Sequence record: SRR31156797_1783
Length of the DNA stretch: 35,851 bases
Reading direction: 5' to 3' (one strand)
Part shown: one piece after another, positions 17,879-27,900 of the stretch
Numbering within the stretch: the stretch's first letter is position 1
Layout: each line of letters begins with the position of its first letter
Made by a program: the position numbers and the translations under genes
The notes under the pieces: generated by a model
Databases searched by the model: none
The model's input: the letters and a program-made list of their open reading frames with translations, nothing else
What the model was told of the DNA's origin: nothing

Positions 17879-19158
17879 TTATTACGCCATCGATTCTCAA
17901 GGGCACTGTTATTGTCCCGCCGTCCAAAAGCCACGCTCATAGAGCAATAATTTGTGCGGCACTATCAGATAATGATACTATAATCTCAAATGTCAATATG
18001 TCAAATGATATAATAGCAACAATTAACGCTCTTCGCCAGCTAGGTGCAGTAATTGAGGTAGAAGGCAGTACACTGAAAATCGCAAAATATGAAAAAAAAG
18101 ATAGAATCAAAGAGCACCTTACAATTAACTGCCATGAGTCAGGTTCAACACTGAGATTTATCATACCTATTGCCATAGCGCTGGCAGACAAGGTAACATT
18201 TACAGGCAGTGCCAGACTGCCAAAGCGAAGCCTGGATGTATACTTTGATTTGTTCGACAAACTAAACATCAAATATAGTCGTGGCAAAGACTATCTGCCA
18301 TTAACTGTTGAGGGACAATTGCCAACGGATGGAAAATTCCATATGCGAGGTGATATCAGCTCTCAATTTATAACCGGTTTACTGCTGGCTCTGGGTATAA
18401 ATAATTCCAAATCAACTATTTACATTACAACACCCCTTGAATCAAAGCCTTATATAGACATTACACAAATGGTCATGAGTGAATATGGCGTTGATGTTAC
18501 CTATAGTGAAAATACTGATAATAATTCATATTCCTGCCTCTACAGTATAGAGAGTACAGGCTACAAATCAAAATTAAAAGATGAAGTCTCGGGAGACTGG
18601 TCACAATCAGGGTTTCATATTCTAGCTGGATTAAATGGTGATATTACTATTAATGGATTAAATCCCAATTCACCACAAGGAGATAAAGCTATATTGGATA
18701 TTATCAGCAGAATGAACGGCAATATTATACAATATGGTAATGGCATTGTGTGCAAAAATTCAAATCTTACTCCAATCGATACAGATGTCAGTGACATACC
18801 TGATATGGCAGTTGCAATAGCTGGCGCTATGGCAGTAGCTGATGGAACTAGCCGTATTACAGGTGCAGGCAGACTTCGCCTAAAGGAATCTGACAGAATA
18901 GAAACTATTATAACCACAATTAATAATTTAGGTGGACAGGCAACATCAGATGGTGATACTATAGTTATTGTAGGAAAAGATAGCCTTTCAGGCGGTTTTG
19001 TTAAATGCCACAATGACCATAGGATTGCTATGCTGGCAGGGGCATTATCTACCTACTGCAAGAATCCAGTGGAAATAGACGATAAAGACTGTGTAAATAA
19101 ATCCTATCCAAATTACTGGAGGGATTTTGTGAATCTTGGAGGTAGTATCAATGAGTAG
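17875..19158 (+). CDS. aroA: EPSP synthase
   Basis: PPSKSHAHR, ESGSTLRF, ISSQFITG, LRLKESDR, HNDHRIAM, KSYPNYW. Confidence 0.96.
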   Translation: MIITPSILKGTVIVPPSKSHAHRAIICAALSDNDTIISNVNMSNDIIATINALRQLGAVIEVEGSTLKIAKYEKKDRIKEHLTINCHESGSTLRFIIPIAIALADKVTFTGSARLPKRSLDVYFDLFDKLNIKYSRGKDYLPLTVEGQLPTDGKFHMRGDISSQFITGLLLALGINNSKSTIYITTPLESKPYIDITQMVMSEYGVDVTYSENTDNNSYSCLYSIESTGYKSKLKDEVSGDWSQSGFHILAGLNGDITINGLNPNSPQGDKAILDIISRMNGNIIQYGNGIVCKNSNLTPIDTDVSDIPDMAVAIAGAMAVADGTSRITGAGRLRLKESDRIETIITTINNLGGQATSDGDTIVIVGKDSLSGGFVKCHNDHRIAMLAGALSTYCKNPVEIDDKDCVNKSYPNYWRDFVNLGGSINE

Positions 19159-20236
19159 TATTTACGGCAAAAACCTAAAGATTTCTGTTTTTGGCGAAAG
19201 CCACGGCAAAGCCGTAGGCGTTACCATAGACGGTCTGCCATCTGGCGTGAAACTGGATATGGATAGTATAAATGCTCTTATGCTGCGTCGTGCTCCGGGA
19301 CATACGCCATGGTCTACACCTAGGAAGGAATCCGATAAGGTAGAGATATTATCGGGTGTAAAGGATAATATAACTACCGGTACACCGCTGACTGGCATAA
19401 TATTTTCCACCAATACAAAATCAGGCGACTACAGCAGACACCGTGATATTCCTCGTCCAAGCCATGCAGACTACACCGGACTAAAAAGATACAACGGACA
19501 TAATATCATAGCAGGGGGAGGTCATTTCTCTGCCAGACTAACTGCACCTATTGTATTTGCAGGTGCAATTGCAAAGGATATATTAAGAGAAAAGGGTATT
19601 GAAATCTCTGCACGTATTGAACAAATTGCAAATATTAAAGACACCAGTATTGATTTGTGTACTGGATTTACAGAAGATGATATTCCAGATAAATCTTTCC
19701 CCGCTATTTCACAGGATACAAAGGAAAAGATGATAGATACTGTGCTAACAGCCAAAGAAAAGGGAGACTCTGTAGGCGGTGTAGTAGAATGTTGTATTAT
19801 TAATATGCCAGCAGGTATAGGCTCACCAATATTCAGAAACATGGAGAGCAATATTGCTTCTATGCTTTTTTCCATTCCTGCCATAAAAGGTGTAGAATTT
19901 GGTATCGGATTTGACATTGCCAAAATGCAGGGTTCACATGCTAATGATAGAATGAAAATAGTTGATACAAAAGTAGTCACAACTACAAATAATAATGGCG
20001 GTATTCTAGGCGGTATTACCAACTCAATGCCTATTATATTCCGCTGTGCTGTCAAACCAACTGCCTCAATTGCTCTCGAGCAGGATACAGTTGACTTATC
20101 AAGTAATGAAAACACAAAAATCAAAATTGAAGGTCGTCATGACCCTTGCATAGTGCCAAGAGCAATACCTGTTGTAATTGCTGGTACTGCACTTGCCGTG
20201 CTGGACACATGGATGGATCAGGGCTTTATACTATAA
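19151..20236 (+). CDS. aroC: Chorismate synthase
   Basis: FGESHG, PRPSHAD, GGGHFSARLTA, NNNGGILGG, GRHDPCIVPRA. ATG 19151 follows GGAGG. Confidence 0.96.
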   Translation: MSSIYGKNLKISVFGESHGKAVGVTIDGLPSGVKLDMDSINALMLRRAPGHTPWSTPRKESDKVEILSGVKDNITTGTPLTGIIFSTNTKSGDYSRHRDIPRPSHADYTGLKRYNGHNIIAGGGHFSARLTAPIVFAGAIAKDILREKGIEISARIEQIANIKDTSIDLCTGFTEDDIPDKSFPAISQDTKEKMIDTVLTAKEKGDSVGGVVECCIINMPAGIGSPIFRNMESNIASMLFSIPAIKGVEFGIGFDIAKMQGSHANDRMKIVDTKVVTTTNNNGGILGGITNSMPIIFRCAVKPTASIALEQDTVDLSSNENTKIKIEGRHDPCIVPRAIPVVIAGTALAVLDTWMDQGFIL

Positions 20237-20265
20237 TTTAATATATATTAAGAAGGAGAATACAA

Positions 20266-21387
20266 TTGGATTTAGAGAAGATACGGGAGAAAATAGACGA
20301 CTTAGATTCCCAGATAATTGAGGCATTTGAAAAGCGAATGACACTGATAGACGAGGTTGCCAGATACAAGATAAAAAACGGCAAACCTATCTTTGACATG
20401 TCCAGAGAAGATAAAGTCATAGAGAGGGCTGTTGACCGGGTACAGACTGAATTCGTAAAAGAATACGTGCCTGATTTGTACCACTCAATTATGAACATTT
20501 CCAAACAGAGACAAAAAGCTCTCTTATCACAGCTTTCACCAGATAATAAGAAAAAAAAGGATACAAATGGTAAAACCGTAGGTTATCTTGGAATAAAAGG
20601 CTCATTCAGCCATCAAGCAATGACCCAATTCTTTGACAATGCAAGAGGTATTGGCTATGATAATTTTGATGAAATAATTGAACATGTATCAAATGGACAG
20701 CTGGATTACGGCATTGTCCCTATAGAAAACACTTCAACCGGCGATGTAAATCTGGTTATTGATTTGCTTCCATCATCTAATGTATGGATTTCTCATGAAT
20801 TTGTACTAAAGATAGAGCACTGTCTGCTAGGTAAAAAGGGAGCAGAGCTATCAGATATCAAACTGGTACACAGCCATCCGCAGGCTATAAGTCAGAGCAG
20901 GGATTTCCTGTACAGAAATGCCATTGATGTCAGCCTTAGCAAATCAACGGCTCAGGGTGCACTTTTGGCAAAAGAAGCAGATGACAAATCAATTGGTGCA
21001 ATAGGCTCAGTCCACTGCGCCAATGAATACGATTTGAACATAATTAAATGTAAAATAAACACAAATACTTACAATTATACACGGTTTGCAATCCTGCAAA
21101 AGGAGCATACTGTAGTAGAGGATGCCAATAAAACCAGCTTGATTATCGAGATTGATCACAAATCCGGTTCACTATACTCAATGCTGTCTATCTTTAGCAA
21201 GCGAAACCTGAATCTATTGAAACTGGTTTCAAGACCCATACCCAATAATCCGTGGGCATATAAATTTTATCTGGATTTCTCAGGCAATATATTTGATAAA
21301 GAGATAAACTCTGTTCTGGATGATATGAATGAATTAGGAGCAAGAGTAAAAATAATCGGCTGCTACAAAACTTTTGAGGTACTATAA
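20266..21387 (+). CDS. pheA: Bifunctional chorismate mutase / prephenate dehydratase
   Basis: N-terminal chorismate mutase domain (IREKIDDLD...YK...PIFDMSRE), then GSFSHQA, PIENTSTG, SHPQAISQ, YTRF and an ACT domain with SRP. Confidence 0.93.
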   Translation: MDLEKIREKIDDLDSQIIEAFEKRMTLIDEVARYKIKNGKPIFDMSREDKVIERAVDRVQTEFVKEYVPDLYHSIMNISKQRQKALLSQLSPDNKKKKDTNGKTVGYLGIKGSFSHQAMTQFFDNARGIGYDNFDEIIEHVSNGQLDYGIVPIENTSTGDVNLVIDLLPSSNVWISHEFVLKIEHCLLGKKGAELSDIKLVHSHPQAISQSRDFLYRNAIDVSLSKSTAQGALLAKEADDKSIGAIGSVHCANEYDLNIIKCKINTNTYNYTRFAILQKEHTVVEDANKTSLIIEIDHKSGSLYSMLSIFSKRNLNLLKLVSRPIPNNPWAYKFYLDFSGNIFDKEINSVLDDMNELGARVKIIGCYKTFEVL

Positions 21388-22193
21388 TGAATTTGTATGG
21401 ATTGTTAGGGCATAAATTATCTCATAGCATTTCCCCTCTGGTACACAAGATAATTCTTGACTATGCAGGTTTAAATGGGAAATATAAGCTCTTTGAACGT
21501 GAAGAAAAAGGAATTCCAGATTTATTGGACGACATTATACTGTGCAATATCAAAGGCATTAATGTTACCATCCCTTACAAAGAAACTGTATTTAAAATGG
21601 TCAAAGAAATAAGCCCAGAGGCAAAAGCAATCGGTGCAATGAATACCATATGCTTAAAGGACAATAAACTGACAGGCTACAATACAGATTACTACGGCTT
21701 CACCAAGGCATTGGAGTGCGGCGGCATCAGTGCACAAGACAAGAGGGTAGTGGTACTAGGCAGCGGAGGCTCCAGCAAGGCTGTCTGCTATGCCCTCAGT
21801 AATCTTGGTACACAGTCCATTACCATTGTCAGCCGAAGTCCGCAAAAAGGAAAATCAAATTACAACATGATATCATATAATCAATTGCCTCTGGCACAAT
21901 ATGACATCTTGGTTAATACCACACCTGTTGGAATGTACCCAAATGCAGACAATTGTCCGATACATGAGGATTTGATAAGCAAAGCAGATGCTGTTGTGGA
22001 CTTAATCTATCGTCCCAAGATAACAAAGCTGCTGTCATATGCCAATAAGCATAATATACGAAATGTCAACGGTCTGTATATGCTGGTAGCACAAGCAGTA
22101 AAAGCACAATCCATTTGGAATGAAATCTGCTTTAAAAATGAGGACATCAAAAAGATTTATAATCAAGTGTTAGGAGGATATGATTTTGGCTAA
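21387..22193 (+). CDS. aroE: Shikimate dehydrogenase
   Basis: HSISPLVH, NVTIPYKE, GYNTDYYGF, LGSGGSS, NTTPVGM, GLYMLVAQA. Confidence 0.95.
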   Translation: MNLYGLLGHKLSHSISPLVHKIILDYAGLNGKYKLFEREEKGIPDLLDDIILCNIKGINVTIPYKETVFKMVKEISPEAKAIGAMNTICLKDNKLTGYNTDYYGFTKALECGGISAQDKRVVVLGSGGSSKAVCYALSNLGTQSITIVSRSPQKGKSNYNMISYNQLPLAQYDILVNTTPVGMYPNADNCPIHEDLISKADAVVDLIYRPKITKLLSYANKHNIRNVNGLYMLVAQAVKAQSIWNEICFKNEDIKKIYNQVLGGYDFG

Positions 22194-22692
22194 AAATTTG
22201 GTCTTGATAGGAATGCCCGGCAGCGGAAAGACAACTATTGGACAATTGCTTGCTGCAAAGCTCTCTATGGACTTTATTGATATTGATGATGTTATAGAAA
22301 GCTACGGAATGACTATAGATGAACTCTTTGAAAGCGGAGAGGATGCTTTCCGTTGTGTGGAGACTATGGCAGTAAAGGATGTAGCATCTCACCACGACTT
22401 AATAATTGCAACAGGCGGAGGTGTCGTCACTAGAGAAGAGAATATTCATTACTTGAAACAAACAGGATTCATCTTCTTTCTGGACAGGTCTTTAGATAAA
22501 ATAAAAAAGGACTTAGCTCACGATAAAACCAGACCTCTCTTGGCAAATGATTTGTCAGCCCTTGATGCTCTGTATGACAAGAGATTTAATTTGTATAATA
22601 AATATGCTGATATAGTAATTGACAGCAATGTTTCTGTTTATATGGTTGCTGATGCTGTAGCTAAGGCTTACAGAGAGCTAACCTCAAAGTAA
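22180..22692 (+). CDS. aroK: Shikimate kinase
   Basis: LIGMPGSGKTT, GEDAFR, ATGGGVV, RPLL. Confidence 0.93.
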   Translation: MILAKNLVLIGMPGSGKTTIGQLLAAKLSMDFIDIDDVIESYGMTIDELFESGEDAFRCVETMAVKDVASHHDLIIATGGGVVTREENIHYLKQTGFIFFLDRSLDKIKKDLAHDKTRPLLANDLSALDALYDKRFNLYNKYADIVIDSNVSVYMVADAVAKAYRELTSK

Positions 22693-22710
22693 GAAAAGAA
22701 GGAGAGTCTT

Positions 22711-23160
22711 ATGAAAATTTTAGTTATTAATGGTCCTAATCTCAATATGCTTGGAACAAGAGAACCGGAAATATACGGCAACCGTACACATGATGATTTA
22801 GTTGTGTACCTAAAGAATGAAGGTGCCAAACTGAATGTGGATGTGGATGTGCTTCAGTCAAATTATGAGGGTGATATAATAAATGCAATACACGATGCAA
22901 ATGATAACAACTACTACGGCATTGTAGCCAATTTCGGCGCATTTACCCACTACAGCTATGCTATATTTGATGCCGTCAAGTCTCAGACTATCCCTGTTGT
23001 AGAGGTACATATGTCAAATATTCACGACAGAGATGAATTCCGCTCCAAATCTGTTACTGCACCGGCATGTCTAGGAATTATCAGTGGTTTTGATTTTCTC
23101 TCCTACGCACTTGGTTTAAAGGTAGTAGTGGAGAATGCGTATATGGATACGGAAAGTTAA
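22711..23160 (+). CDS. aroQ: Type II 3-dehydroquinate dehydratase
   Basis: INGPNLNMLGTREPEIYG, QSNYEG, THYSYA, VEVHMSNIHDRDEFR; AAGGAG RBS. Confidence 0.96.
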   Translation: MKILVINGPNLNMLGTREPEIYGNRTHDDLVVYLKNEGAKLNVDVDVLQSNYEGDIINAIHDANDNNYYGIVANFGAFTHYSYAIFDAVKSQTIPVVEVHMSNIHDRDEFRSKSVTAPACLGIISGFDFLSYALGLKVVVENAYMDTES

Positions 23161-23244
23161 CAGTTAGGAGAGCAATAGGGTTTTGCCTCATCCTATTTAA
23201 AGAACTAGCCCCCTTAAAAATACCAACATTTAAATAAACAATAT

Positions 23245-23282
23245 AAATGCAGTAAATAAATTTTGCTGTATTTTTTATTTTA
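23245..23282 (+). terminator. Probable terminator of the aro operon
   Basis: AAATGCAGTAAA / TTTGCTGTATTT stem with two G-U pairs, followed by T-tracts. Confidence 0.55.
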
Positions 23283-23770
23283 AAATTATCTAGCTAAAAT
23301 TATCTTTCACTGATATGTATTAAACCCTCAATAGATAATACTCTCATTATCTATAACTGCTTCTTTGATTATAATAAACTTATGTACAGTATACACAGCA
23401 AATAATGCATAACCCCCTCCCCCCGTCCATCATCCCTTTAATACCCTCAGGCAAATAATTTACCCATTCCATCACTTATTTAACACCAAAGAGTGCATAA
23501 GATTATATTTCCTGTTTCATACTAATATCATTGCACTATATATATCTTAGGTGGAGTAATAAATCTTGCATGCAGTAATTTCACCAATAGATATATGTAT
23601 AAAGGAAACAAGCTTAATCATTACCAATAGAAACCAACAGAATTATAAATTGGAACTGATTGGTATCTGAAAAATCGCTTATCACAAGCTCTCTTGTTTT
23701 AAGTTAATGCTTTATCTTATTAGTTTTGCATGTTATAATTACAACTGTATATATAAAGTGGGATTAGACT

Positions 23771-24952
23771 ATGCAATACAAATTCGTTCAGATTTCTGAT
23801 ATTTGTTTTAACCACAGCATTACGTGGAATTCAGAGATTAACAAGTTAATAGAAAGCATTAGAGAAGAAGCATTTGAGAACACAATCAACTTGTGTATTG
23901 AAGAAAAGGCAACTGCTCTAATTATATGCGGTAATTTATACGATGAAAGCAACTTAACCTTACACACAGTGCAATTACTGAAGCACTCATTCAACCGCTT
24001 AAAAGCCAACAATATAGCGATTGTATACGCTCATGGCAAGCTGGACAAAGGTGCTCTGGTAAAGAATCTGAAAAAGGAGGTCTTTGACTTTAGTACAGGA
24101 TACAGCAGTAATAGCTATACCTTGGGCTTTGACTTGGACAGAGTTGATTTTATCGGCATGGGTTACAGCAGGATGCTGATGATGGAAGATGAATTCATGG
24201 ACGCAGGTTCCGGTGAAAATCTGACCATCGGCTTAATGTATGTTGACAAAAATGTCTATAATGAAACAATGACAGATACCATAAGGAAAAGGCTCCAAAA
24301 GAGTAAAGCAGACTATTGGGCTATAGGCGGAGAACCTTCCTACATAGCCTATGATAAGAAAAAGAAATACTGCAGCAGCGGTTCTTTAAGTATTGTTCCA
24401 GATAATACTCCCAGCTGTGCAGTAGTGAGAGTTAATAACAAGAAACGTATTACAACAAATAAAATCAATGTCAGTAATTATGTGTTTAAGGAAATTTCTG
24501 TTGTTTCAACAGATAATCACGGCGATGTATATTCACTGGTGGAAGATTGCGTTATGCATATTCTCAATAATAAAGATCTTAAAAAGAAAAATATTATTAA
24601 ACTTAATATCAAAGGTCCGAGCAAATGCTATATTAATCTTACAACTCATCTAGAAGAGCTTGAAAAGGAAATTGCTAGACTTACAGATGTAAACCTGTAT
24701 ATTAATATTAATGAATTGTACAAAAAAGTTGAAATAACCAAAGCACTAAAGGAAGAAACAGATATCACTAATCTCTTGGAACAATACGAGAAACTCTATG
24801 ACGATGAAGCATTTAATCATATGATATTTTCTCTTCAGTCAAGAGGTGCGCTTTATCTGCAAAATGACCAGGATATCGACAGGAATAAACTCCTAGAAGG
24901 TGTTGATTCCATGCTAGTCGAATCAAGAAAAAACAATAAATCTACAGATTAA
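23771..24952 (+). CDS. YhaO/SbcD(Mre11)-like metallophosphoesterase-fold protein with degenerate active-site motifs
   Basis: Motif positions are recognisable but altered: FVQISDIC, ICGNLYDE, AHGKLD, DYWAIGGEP, SSGS. It sits upstream of a YhaN-like ATPase. Confidence 0.75.
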   Translation: MQYKFVQISDICFNHSITWNSEINKLIESIREEAFENTINLCIEEKATALIICGNLYDESNLTLHTVQLLKHSFNRLKANNIAIVYAHGKLDKGALVKNLKKEVFDFSTGYSSNSYTLGFDLDRVDFIGMGYSRMLMMEDEFMDAGSGENLTIGLMYVDKNVYNETMTDTIRKRLQKSKADYWAIGGEPSYIAYDKKKKYCSSGSLSIVPDNTPSCAVVRVNNKKRITTNKINVSNYVFKEISVVSTDNHGDVYSLVEDCVMHILNNKDLKKKNIIKLNIKGPSKCYINLTTHLEELEKEIARLTDVNLYININELYKKVEITKALKEETDITNLLEQYEKLYDDEAFNHMIFSLQSRGALYLQNDQDIDRNKLLEGVDSMLVESRKNNKSTD

Positions 24953-24986
24953 ATATAATAAGTATAGCAACCTAAGGAGGACCGAC

Positions 24987-27900
24987 ATGATTATCAAGAC
25001 CATATCTGCAGAGAATTTCGGAAAATTTGACCGATACTCTGTTAGCCTAGATGACAATATAAATGTGTTCTACGGCTCAAATGAAGCCGGAAAATCCACA
25101 CTTTATCAAATAATATCTACCCTTTTATTTGCCCCAACAACATCTGAGGAAACTCTGACCAGTAATAAGCTGATTAAAAAGGGGGAAGAGTACGCAAGAG
25201 TTTACGCTATTATGAATATTAAGGGTAAGGAAGTCTCCGTAGCACGAGAAATTTACCAAAATGATACTAACCTGACTATAGCTGAAAAGGATAACATTTC
25301 ATCTCTGGGTAATGTCAATGTACCCTTTATAGGCGACTTATCCCGTGATATGTATGAAAATCTTCATACAATAGACTATTACAACATGGCAACCATAACA
25401 AATAATGTCTGGGAACAGATAATGAAAATGATTCAGCAGACCCATGGTGCTCCTCGCAGGACTCCTTTATTTACCACAGATGAAAACGAAGAAGATATCC
25501 TGATAAATTCTCCATATGCTGAGGAAATTACAGCTCTTGAAAAAGAGATTAGTGAACTCTATGATAAGCTGAAGCTGTCCAAGCAGTCTCAGATAAAAAT
25601 GATAAAAAATCAGGAAACAATTGATAAATTCCAGTCTTCCTTAGAAGATGTTGAGCACAATATTGAATTGGAAAGTGCTTATCTGCGTGAAGCTGATAAA
25701 ATGAACAATATCAGAGCAACAATCAAAAAGACTCAGGACTTGGCTCTGGAACTTGAAACTTACAAAAAATTGGAACCATACATGCCTGATTTGCGTGAAA
25801 AATTTATGAAGCTAAAAGAGTACAGCTACAGAAAGGAAAATAATCTTCCAACTGATGATATTATTTTTGATGCAGCCAGTGAGGATATGGAACTTGTAGA
25901 AAGTCAAGAACCTGTGGAGCCAAAAATTGACGTAATGCCAGTTGTAGATAGTATTATTGCTTCAGAAATTGAAACAGCAATACCAGCTGATGAAACCAAA
26001 TCAGCAAAAGAAGATATTTCACAAAAAAGTTATGAGCAGACAATAAGCGAAAGTTCATTTGCAAATCAAGAAGTAATAGAAGCAATTAAGCGCATCAAAC
26101 ATAAAGGATTGGTTAATAATCCCTCAGGCAAATTTAATAATAATATGAAAATGAACCCTTATGACGTAGATGCATCTGATAAAGAATCAACAAAACAAAA
26201 GAACACTCAAGATGAAGAAAAATCTTTTTCCAGCAGTCAGGATGTACTAAAAAAATCACGTGATTTAAGAAAAATGTATGGTATGTCTACCCCGTACTCT
26301 GACAGTCATCCGGATATGAGCGACACAGACTACAGCAATGTGGACGTATCTGGAATCAAAGATGATGACAAAGGCGGCTACTCCTCTTTTAAAAATGAAG
26401 AAGAAACAGAGCCTACATTATCAGCTGATGCAAATGCGCTGGATATTCGTATCATAGATGCAAATGATGATAAATCTGATTCTATAACAGATTATGATAT
26501 TATTAGAATGGGTGATTCTCTGGAGCAGGTTGATGAAGAGGCCATAAAAATTGCTATAGAAAAGGCAAAAATACTATCAGATGAAGATGAAAAATCCCTT
26601 CACAACTCCTTTACAGCATTTACACGGGTAGTTAACAGGAATCTTAGCCAATACGATGATATCCAGGATATTATCAAAACATTAGAAGAAATTGATATAA
26701 GCAATATCAATAAATCTGTCGTTGAATATAGAGAGCTAACCCGAAATCTCCGAAAGATAGAGCACAACGTTAACAGGATGGAGTCATCTGCTAACAATAA
26801 TTCAAAAGTGATTTCTATGGTGATAATATCATTTATCAGTATGATTCTTGGTGTTGGTTGTTTCTTTATTGAACAAATAGTAGACTATGTACCGCAGCTT
26901 GAAGTAGTCTCTGATATCATTATGTCATTACCATTCCAGAATTACTTCGCAGGCGGCGCATTTGCACTAATTGGAATACTTCTGATCGTTGCATCCATTT
27001 TGGGTTCAGACTCTACATATGTTGAAAAAATCGCTGTTGATGAAGTCGAGATGGATAACCTTCGGAATAAGCTTCGCAGTTCAAAAAGACAAATAATTGA
27101 CTCACTAAAGGATTTACCTGTGCCTCCTGAATATCTGGACAATCCTTCAAATAATATAGTACAAACAGTTGGTGAGATTAAATCAGCATACGAAGATTAT
27201 CTTAATCTGCAAAAGAAAATATCTACTCCGGAAAGCATTGATATAAATCTGGTAAACGACCTAAGTAACAAATTCTTAAGTAATAAAAGTGATGATGTAT
27301 TTGAAAATATTAAAAGCTTAAGAGAACTGTTAGAAACAACCAAAGAAAAAATAAGAGAAGAAACTTCCCAAGATAATCAGCACAGTATAAGTCCAAAAAG
27401 CTTTGGTGAATCTACAAATACACTAAATATACCAAGCAATAATGAGTTTTCAGAATATGAAGTTAACTCTGATGCACCAAATCAGCAGGTCAATTCAGTA
27501 AAACCTGCAAGTGCTAGCTTCGGAGGACCAGGAAGCGTAAAAATCAATAGTAAAATCATGTCCCCTGACGATTCTGATTCTTACCAATCAGAACTTGACT
27601 ATGATGATAGTATAGACGAAGTTACAAATTTTGGTGCTGGTATTAACACTGGAGATGGTGATTACGATCAAAATGATATCAGTTATCCTACAGCTAGTGA
27701 CAGCAGTAGTAATCTAACTATTGACTCAGAAGATAACACATATCCTAACGAAGATATAAAGTCAGACGATACAGGTGAAAATCCATATGGCATTCCAGGA
27801 ATTCGAAAATATGACGGAATATCTGATAGCACTGACAGCAAAGATAAAGCTTCTTTTTTACCAGATTACGACAGTACTTTGTCAGACAATGCTTTTGACA

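Noticed and set aside
19522-20124. 200-aa antisense ORF and the other antisense or alternate-frame ORFs in the track (for example 6059-6529, 7446-7868, 14229-14603, 27775-28107)
   Set aside because: They overlap well-supported genes and show no motifs; they are shadow ORFs.
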